Source: Dicyema japonicum
Lineage: Eukaryota > Animalia > Dicyemida
Assembly (NCBI GenBank): GCA_011109175.1
Contig: RDEW01000002.1
Span: 1,904,834-1,968,833, forward strand
Reading direction: 5' to 3'
Length of the DNA: 64,000 nucleotides
The notes under the pieces are model-generated. The model ran no database searches. It was not told the DNA's origin and saw nothing but the letters and a program-made list of their open reading frames with translations. Both the position numbers and the translations under genes were made by a program. This document shows positions 12,933-26,529 of this stretch, piece after piece. The number at the start of each line of letters is the position of its first letter. Within the stretch, counting starts at the first letter, position 1.

Positions 12933-13720
12933 ATGGAGTTGAATACATACAACGCGCTGTACCACGTGACAAAGTATTGGAGAATAAACAAAGAATTAAA
13001 TCTGCCTTTGAAATTGAGAAGGATAAAAAATCCAGTTAGGGTTTTATAACAACTTCAGTCGTTCTCAAAAGGATATCAGATTTTTTTAAAGGCAAAAAAT
13101 TATATTTTGGATTTGACTATCGCTTTAGGTGGTTTGTACCTCCAACCCCCGACGTAATGCCTAGATTGGACTCGACTGGTTCCTTTGAAATTGTCAAAGG
13201 GACCCAGACTCTGTTATGTGTATTTATCAAATCTTCGTTCGAAAAGTTGATTGATCCTGACTCCACCTTCTACAAAGGTATTGAGGACATTAAATCGTAG
13301 CCTTCTACAATTCGGACAAAAATCTAGGTCACTACATTTTGTTCCTCCCTAAGGAGAACGAAAAGAAGTAAGAGTGGTGGTATAAGATTAGAACACAGCT
13401 GTTTTACACGAATATTGGGTCAGAGTACGTGAATGCTAATTTCAACAGAAATTAGTACCAACCAGCGGTCTCCGAAAAGACTTCAGTGAAAAAGCTGATG
13501 AAACATAAAGTCGGGAAATTCCTAGTCCGTAAATCAAAGATAAATCCAAATGATTTTTTCCTGTCAGTAAAAGTAAGTGAATCACGCATCAGTCATTATT
13601 TGATTCTCACTTCCAACTCGGGGGAGATACACTTTGAGGTTTGTTTTTTTATATACTTCAAAGGGACAGGAAAGATACTGGGAATCCCTCTCTGAGTTGA
13701 TCAATCATCTTAAAATTTCT
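12933..13720 (+). CDS. SH2-domain protein (multi-exon; possibly SH3-SH2 adaptor; boundaries approximate)
   Basis: GKFLVRKSKINPNDFFLSVKVSESRISHYLI matches the SH2 core (FLVR...F.LSV...HY.I); 24-nt GT-AG intron at about 13035-13058. Confidence 0.55.
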
Positions 13721-13879
13721 AAATAATCACTTTCACAAAAAATATTATTTAATTAATTAATTAAGTAGCTCACATATTTACATAATTAATACCTCAGATC
13801 AAAAGTGTGTTTTTTGGTTCAATAAAATAAATTAAAAAATAAAAGTGTTGGAAAAGTTGATCCTATCTGAAATTACTCC

Positions 13880-15075
13880 TTCCCTAACTCAACCGAATTT
13901 CAACACGGATTCCGTTCCTGAAGATCAACCACGACTTTCTTATCAACGCTTTCACAGTTCATTGCGGATGGTTTCAACACTACCCCAAAACACATGCGGA
14001 CAACAATGGTCTCATTGACATCAACAAGGCGTTTGACTCGGTAACGAGGAAACATTTAATTGGAAAAATCTTTGATTCAAAAATTTGCCCTAACTTGAAG
14101 CTATGGCTGGCCAATTTTTTATTTGGAAGACGTGGGAGGGTCATCTGTGGCCACCTCATATCACGTTTACTTTCAAACAGTGTGTCCCAAAGTTTGCTTT
14201 TGTTCCCCACTCAATTCAACTTTTCCTCCTCGACCTGCCAACAGACATTGACAAGGACTTCCTACTGCTTTTTATGCAGAAGATATCATCATTGCAACAA
14301 GATGCAGTTCGACATCAGAAGCAGTCTCACTCGCACAGAAAAAAAGTGGATTGTATCCACGATTGGTTGATAGCTAACCGTCTCTCGGTATCGGCTCCAA
14401 AATCATCATGCACTCTGTTCACCTCCGACCGGCGGCCCAAAGAAGAACCAGAAATCTTCATCGGACATACTCGGATACCTGTCACAAGAAACCCCTCAAT
14501 CCTGGGAGTGACATACGACAGGCTAATAATTTTACCTACCATGCAAACAAGTCTTCACCAAAGACTACAGAAATTGAATGTCACACAGGCTCTCATCCAG
14601 AAGACCCCAGCGAATATGAATAGAGCATTCGGAACCATACACTGCCAGACAATCGCGCCAGGCTGTGGAATATGCCTCTGCTGCGTGGAGATTCGCGTTA
14701 TCAGAGGCCACTATCCAAAAACTAAACTTACTGCAAAGGAAAACAACACGTATGCTGGGACCACATGTGAAAAAAATACCTCCCTGCTGACAAAATCTAC
14801 AACTCGTAGATGTGGTTCCGGATTTCTCCGCATGCGAGGAAAATGGACACCCACTAAGCCTCTCACTGTTCCACGCAAAAGAAAATCTGTTGACTAAAAA
14901 ATTTCCTTCCCTAATCGACTTCTTCTGCAAGGATTAAAAAGGCATTTCCGTTCGACAGTGGGAACAATGGAGTCGCACAGGCTTAGGATGGCACGTTTGG
15001 TTGCGGGAACTGGGATCACCTAACTAGTTGACTTTACTTTTGTCTTTATTTCTCGGTGATCCCGGGGATAATAAA
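13880..15075 (+). mobile_element. Jockey/I-like LINE, RT to 3' end, degenerate
   Basis: DINKAFDSV, PTQFNF, WLIANRLSVSAPKSSCTLFTSDR, ILGVTYD; ends CTCGGTGATCCCGGGGA(TAA)n. Confidence 0.8.
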
Positions 15076-15308
15076 TAAATAGGTTTTGTCAGTGGGACCT
15101 ATCCTTTTACAGCATCACACGTACCTTCCACTGAAATAGGGTAGAGAGACAAAGGGAAGAAGGGAACAGAGAAAAAGGTGAAAAACCTTAGACCAAGAAA
15201 CTAGTGGGGGATCAAATTAAAAATGACCCATCGGTATTTGGTTGTATCCCCCACCTAAGAAATATAAATAAAAGAACTTTAATTAATTTAATAAAATTTA
15301 TAATTTGA

Positions 15309-15563
15309 ATGAGATTACTTCGTAGTGGAGCTAGGTTGGCTTCGAATATTTGGAAGCTGCCTCCACCCCCGTCCTCTGGTCTTTGTTGCGAATCATGCTG
15401 CCACAATTGTGTATGGTTAGAATATGCAGATGAACTCATTGACAATTTGGGAATGACGGAAGAAAACTACAATTTATGTGTCCACGTTATAAAAACTAAT
15501 GTTACTGATGAGGTTGTAAAACAATATTTGCTGACGGAAATTAAATTACAATTTAAAAAGTAA
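15309..15563 (+). CDS. OXLD1: Oxidoreductase-like domain-containing protein 1
   Basis: 84-aa intronless ORF with a basic presequence-like start, PPPP..CCESCCHNCVWLEYADEL and a V.DE.VK.YL..EIK tail, matching the OXLD1 family. Confidence 0.8.
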   Translation: MRLLRSGARLASNIWKLPPPPSSGLCCESCCHNCVWLEYADELIDNLGMTEENYNLCVHVIKTNVTDEVVKQYLLTEIKLQFKK

Positions 15564-15599
15564 ATTTTCTTAAATTTTTTAATTATGTTTATTTAGAAT

Positions 15600-15730
15600 A
15601 AAAACCGATCGTAGGGGTCACTGGTAGGCCACCCCTGAAGGTCGTATAAGGGTTGGGAGTGTCGAACGGTTCTTTTCCATGCAGATCTTGCATTGAGCGA
15701 CACCACTACAAGTGAACCGCATGACGCCAC
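15600..15730 (-). repeat. Pseudoknot-core repeat family, divergent copy
   Basis: GGCGTCA..CGGTTC..TGGTGTC..ATGCA/TGCAT..GAAAA GAACCG, followed by CACTCCC..GGGGTGGCC as in the other copies. Confidence 0.6.
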
Positions 15731-15749
15731 GATAATTAATGTTGAAGAT

Positions 15750-16030
15750 CATGCCTATCCATCCCAGTCTCCTTTCAGAGACGGCGACGTTGATGAGTGG
15801 CTAGGGCTGCATAGGAGCTAGGAAACCCATTCAGAAAAGGGCGGTTTATGCAGAGGAATTCAGATCGACCATAAAGAAGTGCAGTCCTATAGAATTTCTC
15901 TGTAGACATACAGAAGGCACTTCCGGTGGATAGTTGGGTCGCTGGCGGAACATTCAAGGAGAATTCACGAGATATTGGAGGCAGGGATCACCTAATTAGT
16001 TAACCTTTCTTGGGTTTTTAAAATAAAATA
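15750..16030 (+). mobile_element. Jockey/I-like LINE 3' remnant
   Basis: High DNA similarity to 390-600 (reverse); ends ILEAGIT*. Confidence 0.6.
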
Positions 16031-16044
16031 GGAATCACTGTCCG

Positions 16045-16300
16045 CGTGGTGCCATGTGGTTACTTGGTTTAGGATTTCTGTTTGTTTATTATGTTCCTCC
16101 TCTTCTCCTTTCGAATACAGTGGCGTCATATTACCCACCTGTCTCGGGTGGCACGTATTGCAGGATGGCACAAAAAAGGATCATTTGCTTTCCCTCACTC
16201 CACTGGAGGGACGTCACCACCTTTTGTGCTGGTTCTAGATAGATTTGTGTGACATTGGAAGGACTCTGTTTCCGGGACAGTGGGTGCACCCTAATAATAG
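16045..16300 (+). repeat. Pseudoknot-core repeat family (SINE-like), decayed copy
   Basis: Colinear with 36995-37205 (+) and 35025-35290 (-). Confidence 0.7.
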
Positions 16301-19300
16301 GAATCACTGTCAATTCGAATACAGCGAGAGGATCGATGCCCGGGTAGTGAGAGTTCCTGACTATTACGGCTAGACGTTTAAAATCCGCTGGTCTCCTACT
16401 GGTCAGTGAGGCAGGGGTAACGTACTAAAACTAGGCAATATGACCTCTGTATGACAGCAAAATATCAAGATTGGACATCTTCCAGTGATCTGTAGAAAAT
16501 CGTGGCTGAACAGGTCCCTTCATAATGGCAATTATGGAGGCGAAATATTCGGATGATTGCCGCCAAGTTCAAATCTTGGAGTGTCTGTAGTAAGGACGTC
16601 TTGATGGGACACAAGGAGGTTACGAATGACGCTGTTTTCGAATTCTTTTTAGTAGTAAGAGACAACCCCATTTCAAACCATTATTGTGGTTACCTCTCCT
16701 GGCAAAATAATCAAACTAAAAAACCCACAATAGGCCGGTCACGAATGTGTAGTTGCCGTGATTTAACAAAATTAAAATCCACGTGGACTCAGCAATTTTG
16801 TAAGTACTAAAACTGAAGAGACCTGTAAAAGACCCGATCTATTCCCCATGGGCATTAACCGAGCGCTGATCTACCATAAAGAGCTGATAGTAAGTGGGAG
16901 TGAGTCGATCGGGGTAACTTCCGCCAGGAGACTTGTGAGCTGTGGATCGAGTGAAACCCTCATGTACTCAGCGGTCTCGGCGCAAATCATGGTACTCAAA
17001 AATTTTTATAAGAACAGAAGAAGTTGAAATTGATAAGTGTCATCGAGGAGGGTTAGGAGGACATTTGATTCTGCCGGTCGAACAAGGCATGCATCGCTGC
17101 TTTTTCATTGAGGTTCCTGGAAGAAAGGCTAAGACTCGTTCTACGATTCGCGTCGCCTGGAACCTCCTTCATAAGGTTAAACGTGAGGGACAGTTGAAAC
17201 ACCCTGGATTCTGCCACGGAAAACCTGAACTTCTTCCTGGGGTCCGTCACCACTTAAGACAAAATTATTCTTCGGTAGACAGATAAAATTCCCGAGGAAT
17301 GTTTTTTATACCATCGTAGACATCAACCTTTTTACCGGTTACCTCCATGAGGAACTCGATAGGTTACCCGGGCATTGTTTTTCCGGTTTTTATTTGCAAA
17401 CTTCGGGGATAGCCTGTATTGATTTTCCAGAATAAACCAATTTCAATAATTACTTGAAATGACCACCGTCCTATGATATTACTCAACATTTTTCTAGAGA
17501 TGACAGGATATTTAAGTTAAATATGAGGTTAGGCATACGGGAGGTCATCATTCACTCCCACCAAGTGATCAGGTGTCTACAGAGAGTAACAACCAAAAGC
17601 AGACCCTAGGAGTGTCCTAAGGAAGTTAAATGTGAACAGGAAGTCCAATTAATTTTATATTAAATTCTATTAATTTTAAATGGGAGTTACCCCCAAGATC
17701 AGAACCCAATGTTCTGGAAGTCCAACCATTTCATTCTAGACTGTCTCCTCCCCCTGTAATAGGAAATTGAATTATGGACCAAAGTGCAACAATAATAAGT
17801 TATGCGATTTTGGCGGTATATCACTTAACAACGCCGGGAATTCGCGATATAAAAGCGGCAAATGGACGGAGACATGATTAAATACAATGTCTCCAACTAC
17901 AAGGAATAATAATTTTCACAATTGAGAAAACAATGATTGAAAAGATAAAGAAGCTTTTTAAATCCATGAAAAAAACTGAAAACTGGGGTAATCAGTTTCA
18001 GGGAGATAGAAGCTCGGAATATATCTATGCTAAATCCAACGGTCGGTTAAAAATAATTTCTGTAGAAGTAAAATACGAATACACGAATCCTCGAATAAAC
18101 GGCCAGTAAATTTAATTGACGACCTTGACAGCCAGGAAGATTTCGATATAAAGGAGAGATTGGATTTTTTGGTAACAATGATTATTAGCATCTAGAAAAA
18201 TTTTGAGTAGCCGGAACCGGTTGTCTATTGCGCAAATGACAGAAATTTTTACGAAAAATTATTTTAATAACATTAAAATTTAATAAAAATTTTTATTTAT
18301 TTTAAATAGTAATCAAATCATGATTTTGGAATTTGCATAACAAAAAGCACGTTATTTTATTATTTAGGATTGTTAAATCTATGATTGCTTTGTTTTTTTT
18401 CAAGACATACTAGGCTAGGTCCCCCGACTTTAGTGTCAGACGAGAATCGAACATAAAATACCCAACACTTCCGTTCTTAAACTTAGTACTCCAATGTCTT
18501 CGTTCATTCATAGTTAGAAATAAAGAGAGGTTGCGCTATCTTGAAGAGACCAAGACGTCAGTTCCTCAATTCATTAGAATCAGTTTAGTTCTTCAATCAT
18601 CCTGCAATTAAATTTTGAGGAACTTAATTGAGTGCACTCCTTATAAATCGGGAGGAGAGGAATTCATTTGAGAGCACCGCACATTAATGAAGATATTCTT
18701 AGTTAGTTTAACGATTTCTTTGGTTTTTTAAGTTTTTAACGAATTATCACGTTATTTTAATTTTTAGATAATTCAGGCTCTACCGCGTTGTGCTTTTTTG
18801 TGACCTTTGAACGTTTGGGGAAGATCGGTTCCTGTTTGGGGGATATTGTCAAGAAATGCCTTGAAAATAGTCAGAAGATTAAATTGTGATTCTTTTAATG
18901 TATCAAACGGAGGTTGGAATCTGGGGGTTAATTTGACGATCATCTTGTTGTTACTGCCAAGCAATCTTTTGGTGGATCCTTTGTAAAAGAAGTTTGGTCT
19001 GTTCACTATAATGCAGATAGTTGTCTCCACGAGCAGGTCCTTTCTCTTGTCCGGGTCCGCTTTGAAGTTCTGCGTCACATCAGATCTCTGAGGTGTCGTT
19101 CTTGATAGTTACTTTCCTGTTAGCACCAGTTTACTTGAATTGTGACTCAAATGATCATTTCCAGTTAGCCAAATGGTCAATTGGTAGGAAAGAACTGGTA
19201 AGCACTTTTATTGCAGAAAATGTCTACTTTTTTCATGGTAGAGAAAACCCACGTCTTCCTTCTCATGGAGAGATGAAGGACCCAGGAACTTTAGAAGCCA

Positions 19301-20377
19301 GAAGTTCTGAGCAAAGGAGTGTCGGATACGCAAAGTACCCATATTCAAATCCCGTGTCGCTAATATACACTCCATAACGAAACTTCACCAGTAATGGTTT
19401 TCCATTTTGTTTCGAGTAACTTGAGTGTTTTCAGAATCGAACGAGATACACTGCATGGGCACTTTTTAAATGAGTTCCCAATTTCTTAAAGAAACGTAGG
19501 ATTTTGAAGTCCTTATACCAATCCAAACTCTTCAGTGTCGACCAGAAAAATTCTCCAAAAGGTCCTGCTCTGAAGACAGCTGGGACGCATGCATTAACCG
19601 AACAGTACACATCTCTAGGACTTTGTGGAGACAGGTGGTAAGAGGGGGTTTATCACTCGTTTTCTCGGTTGAGAATTGCTATGGTTAGGGAATTTTCCCA
19701 TAAATTTGTAGTGTATGGAAATTAATAAAGCTAACACGATCATCCCCGAGGTGCTTGATATCAATACCAGTCTAGGCCACAGGAACGGGTGGACATAGTA
19801 ATTTAATCGACTTGAAGAAGACAGTATAAGGTTCTGGTGGGTTCTGAGTAACATTTTCCTCCTCTAATAATTTAATTTTTTTAACGTCCACCAGAAAGTA
19901 ACGCAAGAGTACTTGTGACAGAAACGTCCAACCAAACGGCTCCATTTGAGTTTGTGGTTGTCCCGAATGAACTGGATGATTTTAAAGTGAGCGTCATGAG
20001 AAGTCAATCATCAATAATAATAATAACACCAGAGACCAGTTAAGGAAAATTTATTTTATATTTAATTTTTATATAAAATATAAATTGATTTTAAAAAATC
20101 TCAAAAGGTATAAATATTTAAAACCCATCAAGCTTTTGTTCAACAAATTATTCAAGCGGTATTTGAATTTCAACCGAGCACAAATAATTATAAATAAATA
20201 TTTCAAATAATATTTCTCAAAAATGGACCTATCACCCTCCAACAAAGTCTTTCCATCCCTTAATGTAATCATTATTGATCCGTTTATATGGCGATCATTG
20301 ATTATTATATTCTCATGTGAATATTATTCATTATAGCGCTTAGCGATATTAATTGCATTTAGGAATCTGCTAGGTCC

Positions 20378-21346
20378 ATGGATCAACCAAACAAGTCAGG
20401 TTACCCCCTGAATGTAAAATCCTTTAGAATTGATTCTCAAGTCGAGCAAGAGCACAGTCTCTGAGTTAATTTGTGGCTTCTTATTGAGGGCTTTTTCTTT
20501 GCTCATAATTATCGCTACTTTTCCGCTCTCGCTTATTTTCGTCGTCAAAGTAAGAGTCTCTTCCAACCTGACAGGTCGTTATGCAGTATCAACGAGTCAT
20601 CATCTTCCGCCTTGGGAGAATATCAGGAAATGGTCCAAGCGGTCCAGGTTGGCTCAGTCCTTCATTTTAGGCGTGTTTTGTATCATTCCATGCACTGATA
20701 CCCTTCAACTGGTTGACATCCGAACCATCACATTCGACGTCCCCCCACAGGAGGTACCCCACCTTTTATATTTTCTGGTTCTGACCAAAGATGCCGTAAC
20801 TGTGTGACTGTGGATGCTGTTGTGTTCTACCGCATCTTCGACCCCATCTCGTCGGTGATGATCCAAGACTGCAAGAGGTCGACTCAGCTTTTGGCCAGTG
20901 CGATGCTCAGAAATATTTTGGGCAACTATTCTCTTGGAGATATTCTTAAAGAGAAAGATACCATCAGTTCCTCCCTTTGTGTTAGTACCCCCTCTTTATT
21001 TTAGCAACAACTGGACATACTGACGGACGGATGGGGTATTAAAGTTATAGCCATAGAGATGTGAATTTTGGTGGTCACTTTTAGAAAGGACGTAAGAATT
21101 CCCAAAGAAATGCAGAGAGCAATGGCTGCCGAGGCTGAGGCCTTTAGAGAAGCAAATGCGAAGAGTATTTGTGCAAATGGAGAACTGAACTCAGCCTCTG
21201 CTCTAAAGGAGGCATCAGACATAATGGCCAATGCCCCAATGGCCATGCAGTTGAGGTACCTACAAACCCTCAGCACGATCGCGGCAGAGAGGAATTCGAC
21301 CATAATTTTCCCAATTCCTCTTGAATTTTCAAAAATGCTTAAATAA
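20378..21346 (+). CDS. Stomatin / band-7 (SPFH) family protein, 5 exons
   Basis: VDIRTITFDVPPQE-VLTKDAVTV.VDAVVFYR, IKDVRIPKEMQRAMAAEAEA, AMQLRYLQTLSTIA. Introns 20400-20427, 20754-20777 (ends TG), 20981-21004, 21061-21084. A 2-nt TG excess at ~20803 is probably an error. Confidence 0.93.
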
Positions 21347-21624
21347 TTAGTTCATTAATTAATTAAAATAATTAATATTTCGGATTTATTAATAATTTGA
21401 AAATAAAGTTTCTTTGCATACTTCATCGTTTTAAGATTGATTACTAGGGTAATTTAAGTGCTAAAATGCTATTTTTATTTTTTATACTTTTTTAAATATA
21501 CGATTGAATTTGGAATAATTATTTTTTAATTTTATTTAAAATAAACATACATTATAAATGCTATAAGTGTTAATTTTAAATGCTAATTTTTGTTTAACTG
21601 CTAATTTAAATTGCAGTTAATAAT

Positions 21625-22270
21625 GTGTTTACGGATTCCGAAATACGCGGAGCACTCCTTCGGCTGAATAACAACAGAGCAGCTGGCTATGACAATATTT
21701 GTGGGGAGTTGTTAAAATACGCACCAACCCAGCTAGCAGAAAAGATAACTTTCATATTCAACAAGATATTCAGGACTCATTGTTCAATTGACATCGCGAT
21801 GGGAGTTCTACTTCCTTTACAAAAACCTGGCAAACCTGCAGGTCCAATTGAAAATTTCAAGGCGATCGTGCATTTGACCACTTTGCGAAAAACATTGTCG
21901 ATTACAACATGTTTTTCGAAAAGATGTGGAGTATTTGGACTCGCAGAAAACTTATTTCCTTAAATCTTCGGATGCGCTTATATAGCGCGTTCATACAACC
22001 AGTCCTATTATATAACTCGGGAACATGGGGAACATCAAAAACAGACCGTGACTGACTAGACACATTTCATAGAAATCAATTGATAAAAATTGCGGGAATT
22101 AAATGGCCACAGATTATCAAAAAAGACACTCTCTACAATTATTTAAATGCAAACCGACAAGCAGAGAAGTAATTACCTCACGCTGGCTACTTATCGGACA
22201 TGTTCTGAGAATGGACGAAGTGATTCCTTGCAATCAGATGATGGAAGATTACTATTATACAAAAACTACA
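21625..22270 (+). mobile_element. RTE RT remnant with internal deletion
   Basis: RAAGYDNICGELLKY, LQKPGKPAGPIENFK, then YNSGTWG-like segment. Confidence 0.8.
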
Positions 22271-22559
22271 TTTTGATAATGACAAGGCAAATATCAAAAA
22301 TTATATAAATAAAAGAATGGAGGAAAATGGATTTAAACTTATTATTGAAATGACTGAACCAAAAATTAGCTAACAAGATTTTTTTCTCTTTCACGCTGTC
22401 AGGCATCCTATGCATCTGTTGAAAGAGCAATTAAAATGCTAAAAAATATTTAAAAAAAAGATAGGAACTTCCATCCAGACAATATCAGGCATTAATTTTT
22501 ATTATATTACAATAAATAAAATTGAAAAAATCCCATTTTTAAGTGATGAAAGGACATTT

Positions 22560-22990
22560 AAACAATAGAAGTCAGGTAGTTGCCGCCCTCACTGCGTGGC
22601 TGTTCCTTCTCAAAATTGCGAGCGAAATTCGCTCAAATAGCCAGCGGCGTTCACGGAGATCTCCAGTGCATGAGGTGATCCGGTTTCCAAGACGTCCGAG
22701 AAACTCGAGTGTAGAGGGGGAGTAGGATCCGGAAGTCTCCATAGCAAGGGGAACAAATTTGACATCATCGGGAAGGTCGACTTATTTAACAAGTTTGGCC
22801 TTCTCCGCCTTTACGGATGCTGAACAGGCCCTTGTAGCACTCTCGTGAAGATTTTTCTGGGCGAACGTGTCTGTACATGTCACATCCCAAACCAGTGGTT
22901 TCCCGGCCTCAAATGGAAATATGGTCATCCCGTCCGGTTCAAGAATGGCCAAGTATCCAGCGGCATCCATAGCTCGCCTGACAATTTCAT
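22560..22990 (-). mobile_element. CRE-like RLE endonuclease and 3' end remnant
   Basis: PDGMTIFPFEAGKPLVWDVTCTDT...AEKAKL.K (PD-D/ExK-type) and RISLAILRRN tail. Confidence 0.8.
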
Positions 22991-23149
22991 TCTTCCAAAT
23001 AAAATTTAAATGTTATATTTTATTATTTTAAGTTATAGATTTGACAAATTTAAATGCTAGATTTTATCATTTTAAGTGCTAACTTTTTTAATTATAATTG
23101 CTAGATTTTGTGATTTTTTAGCGCTAAAAAATTTTTTTAAGTGCTAGAA

Positions 23150-23990
23150 ACAACTTGCCTATTGATTACACATCAAGTATGGTTAAATAGAGTAAAGTTT
23201 TTATGACAGGTCTCCATTATGGCCTGCAGGCATTGAGTACGCAATGGGGGTTAACTCTCATAATCGCTAGTTTTAGAAAAGTTATCACGTCATTATAGGC
23301 TCAATTAACCAGATAAACTCAGACGTCCCTGGGGCGATAACGCCAAATGTCTCAACTGAGATTGACTGGAAAACGAACCGGTCCATGATGCCGTGGTATT
23401 TTTTCCTTTTTGAATTTTCAGTATTGCTGGCTGCGGAACCAGTGTACAACGATAACTTAAACTAATTCCTACTTAATAAAGAGTGAACGTTGAATCCCAT
23501 GGATACATGGCATGGTTGTTACGCTATCCGGTCTCTTGTCATCACCTCTGAAAGACCGACTGTTTCCAGAAGGCAAGTAAACCCGGCGTCTTCGATAGCT
23601 CTATGACCGTCGAGTTTAAAATGGTGTGACGAGGAAATCTCCAGGAGCTCCATTTTATGTGACAACCAACGGACTGATGTGTAGAATGGAACATCCGTGA
23701 ACTGGTTATTCATATCTTCTAGCAGCTGACTGAATTGGAACGTCCGTATATAAGGGCGAACGTAAGTTTAAGCATATGAACGTCTTCTGATCACGTAGAA
23801 CGCTCATAACCACGACCTGTCAATTTGACGCCATTGACAGAAATTTACTGCTTTTCTGTGGTGATCTTATTTTTATAACGGAGAATAAGCCTGCAATGTC
23901 GTCGACTATATAACAATCCTTGTGCGGGTTGTCGCCTGCTTGCAGAGCGTCGCATGTTTGACATGTCTTAGATCAATGGTTCTCAACCTT
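23150..23990 (-). mobile_element. hAT (Charlie/GTF2IRD2-like) transposase remnant with TIR
   Basis: DVPFYTSVRWLS motif; TIR-like CAATGGTTCTCAAC at ~23974. Confidence 0.6.
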
Positions 23991-24059
23991 TTTTCGCCGC
24001 CCATCCAAAAATTTCCACAGCCCTGATTGAAATGACAATGTGCCGGGCAAAAGGTCTGA

Positions 24060-24900
24060 TTGAAATGACAAGTCCGGAAGGAAATTTTTGATTTTCACAA
24101 GAACCAGACTTTCCAGAATTTTCGACACCGAACACAATAACTCGAACGGTCTGTATGAAGCAGGGTCCTTCTTCACTTTTCCGGGTTTCAAAATTGGACG
24201 TAGGCGGGCAAGCTTCCATAAGGCTGGAATACAATTTTTGTTAATGGAGTGGTTGAATATCCTCGTTAATGCAGCGATTCCATAGTCCCCAAAATTTTTT
24301 ATGAGGATCATTGGGATCTTATTCGTTCCGTTAGAATAGCTTGTTTTAATGGCTCTCAATGCATATCTCACGTCGTTTTCAGTGATGTGAATTGTATTTG
24401 GTTCCTTTTTCGGTTTACAGAGATATTTCGGAGTTACATCCGACCTCTTATGGTCCTTATGGGATATTTTCACATAGTATTTTATTAGGTTGTTTAAATC
24501 CTTTTGCTGTGATCTACCTCGGAGATTTTTCATCCTCTCTTGAGGCGTCTGGTCTTTCAAATTTCAGTAGTGGGTCTATTTCGATTCAACGAGGAGAACA
24601 CATGCTTCCATCTTGATATTCTTGCTTTACCTCCATGTTTTTTATTTCATTGTTCAAAGCCATCAGTCTAAGCTTGTTCTCAGTAGTTAATCGGCCTTAC
24701 TTTTTGAGTTTGTTTTTTCCTTGATTGTAAGAGTGTTGAAATAGTGCTCACTTAGTTTTCAAAGTTTTCGATGGTTTTGTCTAGTTTAGACGAATTCTTG
24801 CTTCGCAAATGGTGCAATTCCCTTGATGGTTTCATTGCTACATTTGAAATTGAATTGACGACGGTCTGCCGTGAAAAGCGTGAGGAATTATGATATAGTC
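24060..24900 (-). mobile_element. Jockey/I-like LINE RT remnant
   Basis: WKLARLRPILKPGKVKKDPASYRPFELLCSVSKILE. Confidence 0.8.
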
Positions 24901-25395
24901 AATGTGTTGGTTTACAAAGATCATCTACTTGAATAATGGTCGATTAGTTCATTTATCCAGGTCCCTTCATGCTAAGAAAACCAGTGGCTAACAGAAGAGT
25001 GAAACCCAAAAACCCACTCCTAGAGATCAGTCAGATGTAGACGGACCAGAACGAGAGGCCTTTCTTGTAGTCATCAAAAGGCAGGAAGAAGACAGCGATC
25101 TATGGACAACCCAATGATAGGCCCTTTACTACCCAAATATTAAAAAACAAAGAATACATCAATAATAAAGTCACATGTACTAATAGACCTTTTGTGTACT
25201 AAAATTATTTACAGATCGAAGATATAGGAACTCTAATACATTGAACCTCCTTGTGACCTAGTTCCACTACGATTGGTCGGCCATACCTCCCCTGGCTCAA
25301 CTTTAGATACCTAAAATAAATGTCTATTCCAAGTGCTCGAACAACAAAAATAGATCAAATTAGTAAGTTTTAGTAACATTAGGAGAGTGGCACAA

Positions 25396-25707
25396 TTAGT
25401 AATATGGATTAGTCGTACAAACTCCGCACGTTAAGGTACATAGTTGTTTCAGGTACTCAGTACACTCTGAGTGGATGTTGGTACAAAGTGAGTCCTTGTC
25501 TTCGCAGTCTGAATTAACTAAAGGCTATATACTGTCACATAGGTTGCATGTTCTCCTGCAGTAATTGGTGTGAGCTAAAAGGTCTCCACAGTCTATATCA
25601 CTGCAATAGTCACTGTGTAAATCATTGCAATCTAAATTAGCGGAAAACTCACTGTAATTTAACATGTTAGATTTAACATTCGACAAGATTACGAACAAAA
25701 TTAACAT
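25396..25707 (-). CDS. Secreted 88-aa protein with two tandem ShK (ShKT) domains
   Basis: Exons 25707-25653, 25631-25533, 25508-25396 with phase-1 introns of 21 and 24 nt. Hydrophobic N-terminus, then CNDLHSDYCSDIDCGDLLAHTNYCRRTCNLC and CEDKDSLCTNIHSECTEYLKQLCTLTCGVC. Confidence 0.85.
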
Positions 25708-26529
25708 TATTTTTCAAATATATTTTATTTTTGACATTTAAATATTTAACTTTTATATTTATTTGAAATAATATATTAAATAAAATATTTATTTAATAAA
25801 TTAAATGTTCCTCAAAATGTCTCAATGGTTCAGGTCCTGTAGGCCTTAGACAAAATGATATCTATCTTTCCTGGGCAATCTATCTTTCCTTGACTACCTG
25901 GTATGATTTCTCTAGCGACCACAAATCTCGGAAGAGCTCTTTTTGTTACTTGGCTTTCTAAAAAATTTAAAATTATTGGGATGTGGACTGGTTTGGTCTC
26001 ACACATATGGAATGAATGGTTGTCTATTCTGCAACCAGACAATTTTGGAAGCTGGGTTTTTCATCTCTTCACTACAAGAGCTTCAATTAGAATCTACACT
26101 TGACCCTATTCAATAAAGAGGGACTCTATCTTTTCTGTAATAACTCAAGATTCTCAACTAAGACTAACCACGTGCAACATTGGAGTCGCTTATGTGTACA
26201 AAATTCGGAAGTGGTCCAAAGAAAACGAAATACTTATGAAAAGTTAGTTCGGCGGTTAATTTGTCAGAAGGTTGAGGCTATAATGGAGCTCTGGTGAACT
26301 AGGCGTAGCTCTAGTTCACTTGATGTCTTCATTCTTCAACTTTTAGAAACCATTGGATGAAACCTCTCGTTCCATTTTTTGAAACAGGAGTAGCTTTGAG
26401 GAAATCTCCGAGATTTCTATGATCCCATTAAAGGATAAGTGATTTTTTATTAATGAGAAATTTTGTTTTCAGAGGAATAAAGAAGGCGTCAAAGAATGAC
26501 TGATTTTTTAGTCTCAAATTTAATGTTTA

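Noticed and set aside
16400-19860. Probable intron-rich host genes at ~16400-17770 and ~18770-19860 (also 25800-26400, 38100-38390, 42700-43389, 45100-45589, 52200-52900)
   Set aside because: Protein-like stretches are present, but I could not fix exon structure or recognise a family, so they are not called.
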